The notes beneath the pieces are model-generated. The model saw nothing but the letters and a program-made list of their open reading frames with translations. It did no database searches and was not told where the DNA came from. A stretch of 64,000 nt of DNA, taken from contig JAFKEQ010000002.1 in the NCBI GenBank assembly GCA_017308575.1, positions 186,832 to 250,831 of the forward strand, read 5' to 3'. Below are positions 61,396-64,000 of the stretch, in pieces (the first letter of the stretch is position 1; every line of letters starts with the position of its first letter). The position numbers and the translations under genes were made by a program. The stretch is from Afipia sp. Lineage in GTDB: Bacteria > Pseudomonadota > Alphaproteobacteria > Rhizobiales > Xanthobacteraceae.

Positions 61396-61875
61396 ATGCC
61401 TTATTACGAAGACATTGAAATCGGGTATCGCCGGGTGACGGGATCGTTCACGTTCACACCTGAAAACATCAAGGCGTTCGCGCTCAAGTTCGATCCGCAG
61501 CCGTTTCATCTCGACGAGGAGGCGGGGCGTAACTCGGTGTTCGGCGGCCTTGCCGCATCGGGCTGGCATGTCGCGGCGGTTTACATGAAGCTGACCGTCG
61601 CGGATTTCCGGCGCATGGACGAAGAGGCGAGAGCGCGCGGCGAAAAGCCCGTCGCGTCCGGTCCCTCGCCGGGTTTCCGGGAATTGAAATGGCTGCGGCC
61701 GGTTCTGGCGGGCGATACCCTGACCTATACGTCGGAGGTCGCATCCAAGCGGACGCTGGAGTCCCGTCCCGAATGGGGCCTTGTCGCTTTCAGGAACGCC
61801 GGCACCAATCAGCGCGGCGAGCTTGCCTTCTCGTTCCTCGCGCAGGCGTTCATGCCGCGGCGTTCGGCGGCCTAA
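61396..61875 (+). CDS. MaoC-like dehydratase, second tandem copy
   Basis: FALKFDPQPFHLDEEAG, ASGWH. 159 aa. Starts 8 nt after the previous stop. Confidence 0.85.
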   Translation: MPYYEDIEIGYRRVTGSFTFTPENIKAFALKFDPQPFHLDEEAGRNSVFGGLAASGWHVAAVYMKLTVADFRRMDEEARARGEKPVASGPSPGFRELKWLRPVLAGDTLTYTSEVASKRTLESRPEWGLVAFRNAGTNQRGELAFSFLAQAFMPRRSAA

Positions 61876-61982
61876 CGGCCGCCAAATAAATTCGCCGCCT
61901 GCTTTTGAGAATGCAGGCGGCGACAAGTTGGCCGGGAGGTCGCGCGGCACGATCGTGCGATCATGCCGCGCGGAATTGGTCT

Positions 61983-62399
61983 TCAGTCCTGACGCGGTTC
62001 GGGCGCGTTGCGCCGCCACTGCGCCAGATTGTCCGCGATCATGCGGGTGGACTTCATCGCGGTCTGGCCGAGCTGCGCATAGCCCGCGAGTTCGCGCTGA
62101 ATCCGCTGGCCTTCATTGTGCATCAGCGTGCGCAGGCCTTCGAGTTCGGCGATCAGGGTTTCGATTTCGCTCAGCGACGCGCCAGCCACGCGATGGATCA
62201 GGTTGTTGACGCTGCCGACAGCGGCATCGGCGGATGCATCCGCCGGCGCTTCGGTCGCGGTATTGGCCGACGGCGAGCGGCGCAGATATGCGATGTCCTT
62301 GCGGACGAAATCGCGGATGCCGGCTTCGACTTCGGAGACGGCGGCGAGGTTCTTGTCGTCTTCGACCTGCTCGGACTTTTCGACTGGCACAGCGTTCAT
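61983..62399 (-). CDS. acidic coiled-coil hypothetical protein
   Basis: 138 aa with no signal peptide. Predicted helical C-terminal half (LSEIETLIAELEGLRTLMHNEGQRIQRELAGY). No recognised domain. Confidence 0.5.
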   Translation of the reverse strand: MNAVPVEKSEQVEDDKNLAAVSEVEAGIRDFVRKDIAYLRRSPSANTATEAPADASADAAVGSVNNLIHRVAGASLSEIETLIAELEGLRTLMHNEGQRIQRELAGYAQLGQTAMKSTRMIADNLAQWRRNAPEPRQD

Positions 62400-62569
62400 C
62401 GGCTTTTCCTTGTTGCGCTGGAGGGAGCGAGCGCGGATGTCCCCGCACGACGAAGGTCCATCAGTTCAACAGATCGTGACCACAAATGGGCAAAGGTGGG
62501 GCAGAGCACCACTCATATCGTGAATAAAGCGGGAAGGCGCGACATGGTGGATGCCCGGTTAAAGGGAAC

Positions 62570-63487
62570 TCACCACTTGGTCTTGAACCCGGCCATCAGG
62601 CTGCGGTTGGCCGTGCCGTCCGGCGTTTCGCTGACGGAGCCGGTGACGGTGACGCCGCCGGGCAGCTTCTGCTCCGCGCCGATGCGGTGCAGCCATTTGT
62701 TATCGGACGTCGAATGCGTCTGGCCCGCGATGAAGCTGGTGCCGGTTTCCGCGATGCCGATCCTGGCGGATTGATCGGTTTCGAACACGCGCGTCGACGC
62801 GCCGAAGCCGAAGACCGGCACGAGCGTCTGTTGCGTGACGTTGTATCCGTTCTGCAGCGTGAGCGAGTAACGGTCGTCGCCGAATGGCACGGACTTGCTC
62901 ATCGATGTGCTGAACTTGCTCTGCTCTTGCGCCGGATCGCTGCGCGCCTCGATCGAGGTCTTGTCCCATATCCTGCCGAGACCCGGCGCGGTGAGCGAGG
63001 CCCAGGCGCTGCCAGTGGACTGCGGGATCTGGTTATCGTGGTCGAGCTTTGTCGTCAGCACGTCGGATGATGTCGTCGGCGTATTGGTTGCGACGTTGAG
63101 GTCGGCGCCGATGCGCGCATCCCAGATCGGCGAAATTGGCTGCTTGATGGTAACGGCCGACGATCCGTTGTCATTGTCGGTGCGGGTCCATGACCACGGG
63201 TCCACGGCGGGAAGAGGACTCCTGGTCTTTTCATGGATGACCGAAGGCTTCTCATACACGGATGTCGGGTCGGAGTTGAGAACGCTCCAGTCGATGTCCT
63301 TCGGCTCGACGGTCTCGACAGTCTCGGTCGTCGCGGAAGACGGATCGGCTTCTTCGGGAGCGACGTCGGCCCATTGCGCCAGACCGGGCGTGACAAGGCA
63401 AGATGTGACAAGGCAGGTCCCCGCAACCACCAGCGCGAAGCGGCTCAGAAGGCTCGATCGTTTCGGCGGCGGAAATGTCGAAATCAT
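62570..63487 (-). CDS. secreted, possibly outer-membrane beta-barrel hypothetical protein
   Basis: ATG at 63487 gives the signal peptide MISTFPPPKRSSLLSRFALVVAGTCLVTSCLVTPGLAQ. Ser/Thr/Asp-rich body and a C-terminal ...MAGFKTKW aromatic terminus. Confidence 0.5.
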   Translation of the reverse strand: MISTFPPPKRSSLLSRFALVVAGTCLVTSCLVTPGLAQWADVAPEEADPSSATTETVETVEPKDIDWSVLNSDPTSVYEKPSVIHEKTRSPLPAVDPWSWTRTDNDNGSSAVTIKQPISPIWDARIGADLNVATNTPTTSSDVLTTKLDHDNQIPQSTGSAWASLTAPGLGRIWDKTSIEARSDPAQEQSKFSTSMSKSVPFGDDRYSLTLQNGYNVTQQTLVPVFGFGASTRVFETDQSARIGIAETGTSFIAGQTHSTSDNKWLHRIGAEQKLPGGVTVTGSVSETPDGTANRSLMAGFKTKW

Positions 63488-63674
63488 CGCGTCGGGCGCA
63501 CTCTGTTCGTCAGTCTCGGCAATTGCGGGCGACACAGGTTAACAACATCTTACGGTGTCCGCGTTGCGGTTGATCGCGCCGCATTGTTGGCGATGCATCC
63601 GTCTCAATATCCTTTGTCGCAATTATGACTGCAGCGGTTCACGCCTCTGCGATGTCGCACAGAATTCCAGATGC

Positions 63675-63704
63675 AAAAATGCCCCGCATGGGCGGGGCAT
63701 TTTA
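63675..63704 (-). terminator. rho-independent terminator after the 3' partial minus-strand gene
   Basis: ATGCCCCGC-ATGG-GCGGGGCAT. On the minus strand it is followed by TTTTT (A-run 63675-63679 on plus). Confidence 0.7.
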
Positions 63705-63727
63705 CAAACTTAAAAGACGCGAATGCG

Positions 63728-64000
63728 TCAGGCGATCTGCGGCAGATGAATCTGACGGCCGAGCACCTGCTCGACAAGATCGAAAGTGTCCACCAGCGCG
63801 CGCAGGCTGGTCAGACGTCCGCCGCTGAACTGGACGAAATGCGCCACCCGCACGCTGATGCGGTGCCCGGATTTGAGCGGCGTAATCGTATACCGCATCA
63901 GGGATGCCGCGTTGTCTTCGCCGAGCATGATGGATTCGCGCTCGTAGCGATGAACCTGGACGGTTTCGGAAATCTGGCGGATGACGTCGATGGCGGCGCG
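63728..64000 (-). CDS. SnoaL/NTF2-like fold protein, N-terminus outside the window
   Basis: The frame stays open from 63928 to the window edge. The C-terminal pattern HFVQFSGGRLTSLRALVDTFDLVEQ is weakly SnoaL-like. Confidence 0.45.
   Translation of the reverse strand, partial: RAAIDVIRQISETVQVHRYERESIMLGEDNAASLMRYTITPLKSGHRISVRVAHFVQFSGGRLTSLRALVDTFDLVEQVLGRQIHLPQIA

Overview
High-GC (roughly 60-65%) chromosomal segment with the gene content, gene order and intergenic repeat families typical of a Bradyrhizobiaceae/Nitrobacteraceae-type alphaproteobacterium. That taxonomic call is an inference from content, not a database hit. The window is almost entirely core housekeeping: glutamate synthase gltBD, an Hsp20 gene with a ROSE-like leader, an M16 peptidase pair, the ribF-ileS-lspA block, an orphan cheY, hisS, uvrC, pgsA, moaDE, prmB, ilvE, a MarR/OmpR/EnvZ-like block, proC, prs, the lgt/DUF185-methyltransferase/pgeF block, a COG0523 GTPase behind a perfect Zur-type palindrome, and rplY-pth-ychF. 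About 66 CDS are supportable. I found no tRNA, rRNA, CRISPR array, transposase, integrase or prophage genes. I could not identify a clear, self-contained novel multi-gene system. The structure that gene calls leave unexplained is mostly nucleotide-level. Four families of nested-hairpin, MITE/REP-like elements (12 copies) plus several singleton palindromes sit in gene-end and intra-operon spacers (gltB-gltD, ribF-ileS, moaD-moaE, pth-ychF); one copy is read through in-frame at the 5' end of a TadG-like ORF. Other items worth a second look are a low-GC tract inside hisS, a palindrome that supplies the C-terminus and stop codon of an EAL protein, twin ATAAC-N6-GTTAT boxes at an arsR promoter, an orphan TadE/TadG pair, and a run of five signal-peptide genes ending in an RNase T2. 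Many long ORFs in the six-frame track are antisense shadows of real genes and are rejected. Start codons were chosen by hand from RBS and overlap logic and may be off by a few codons.
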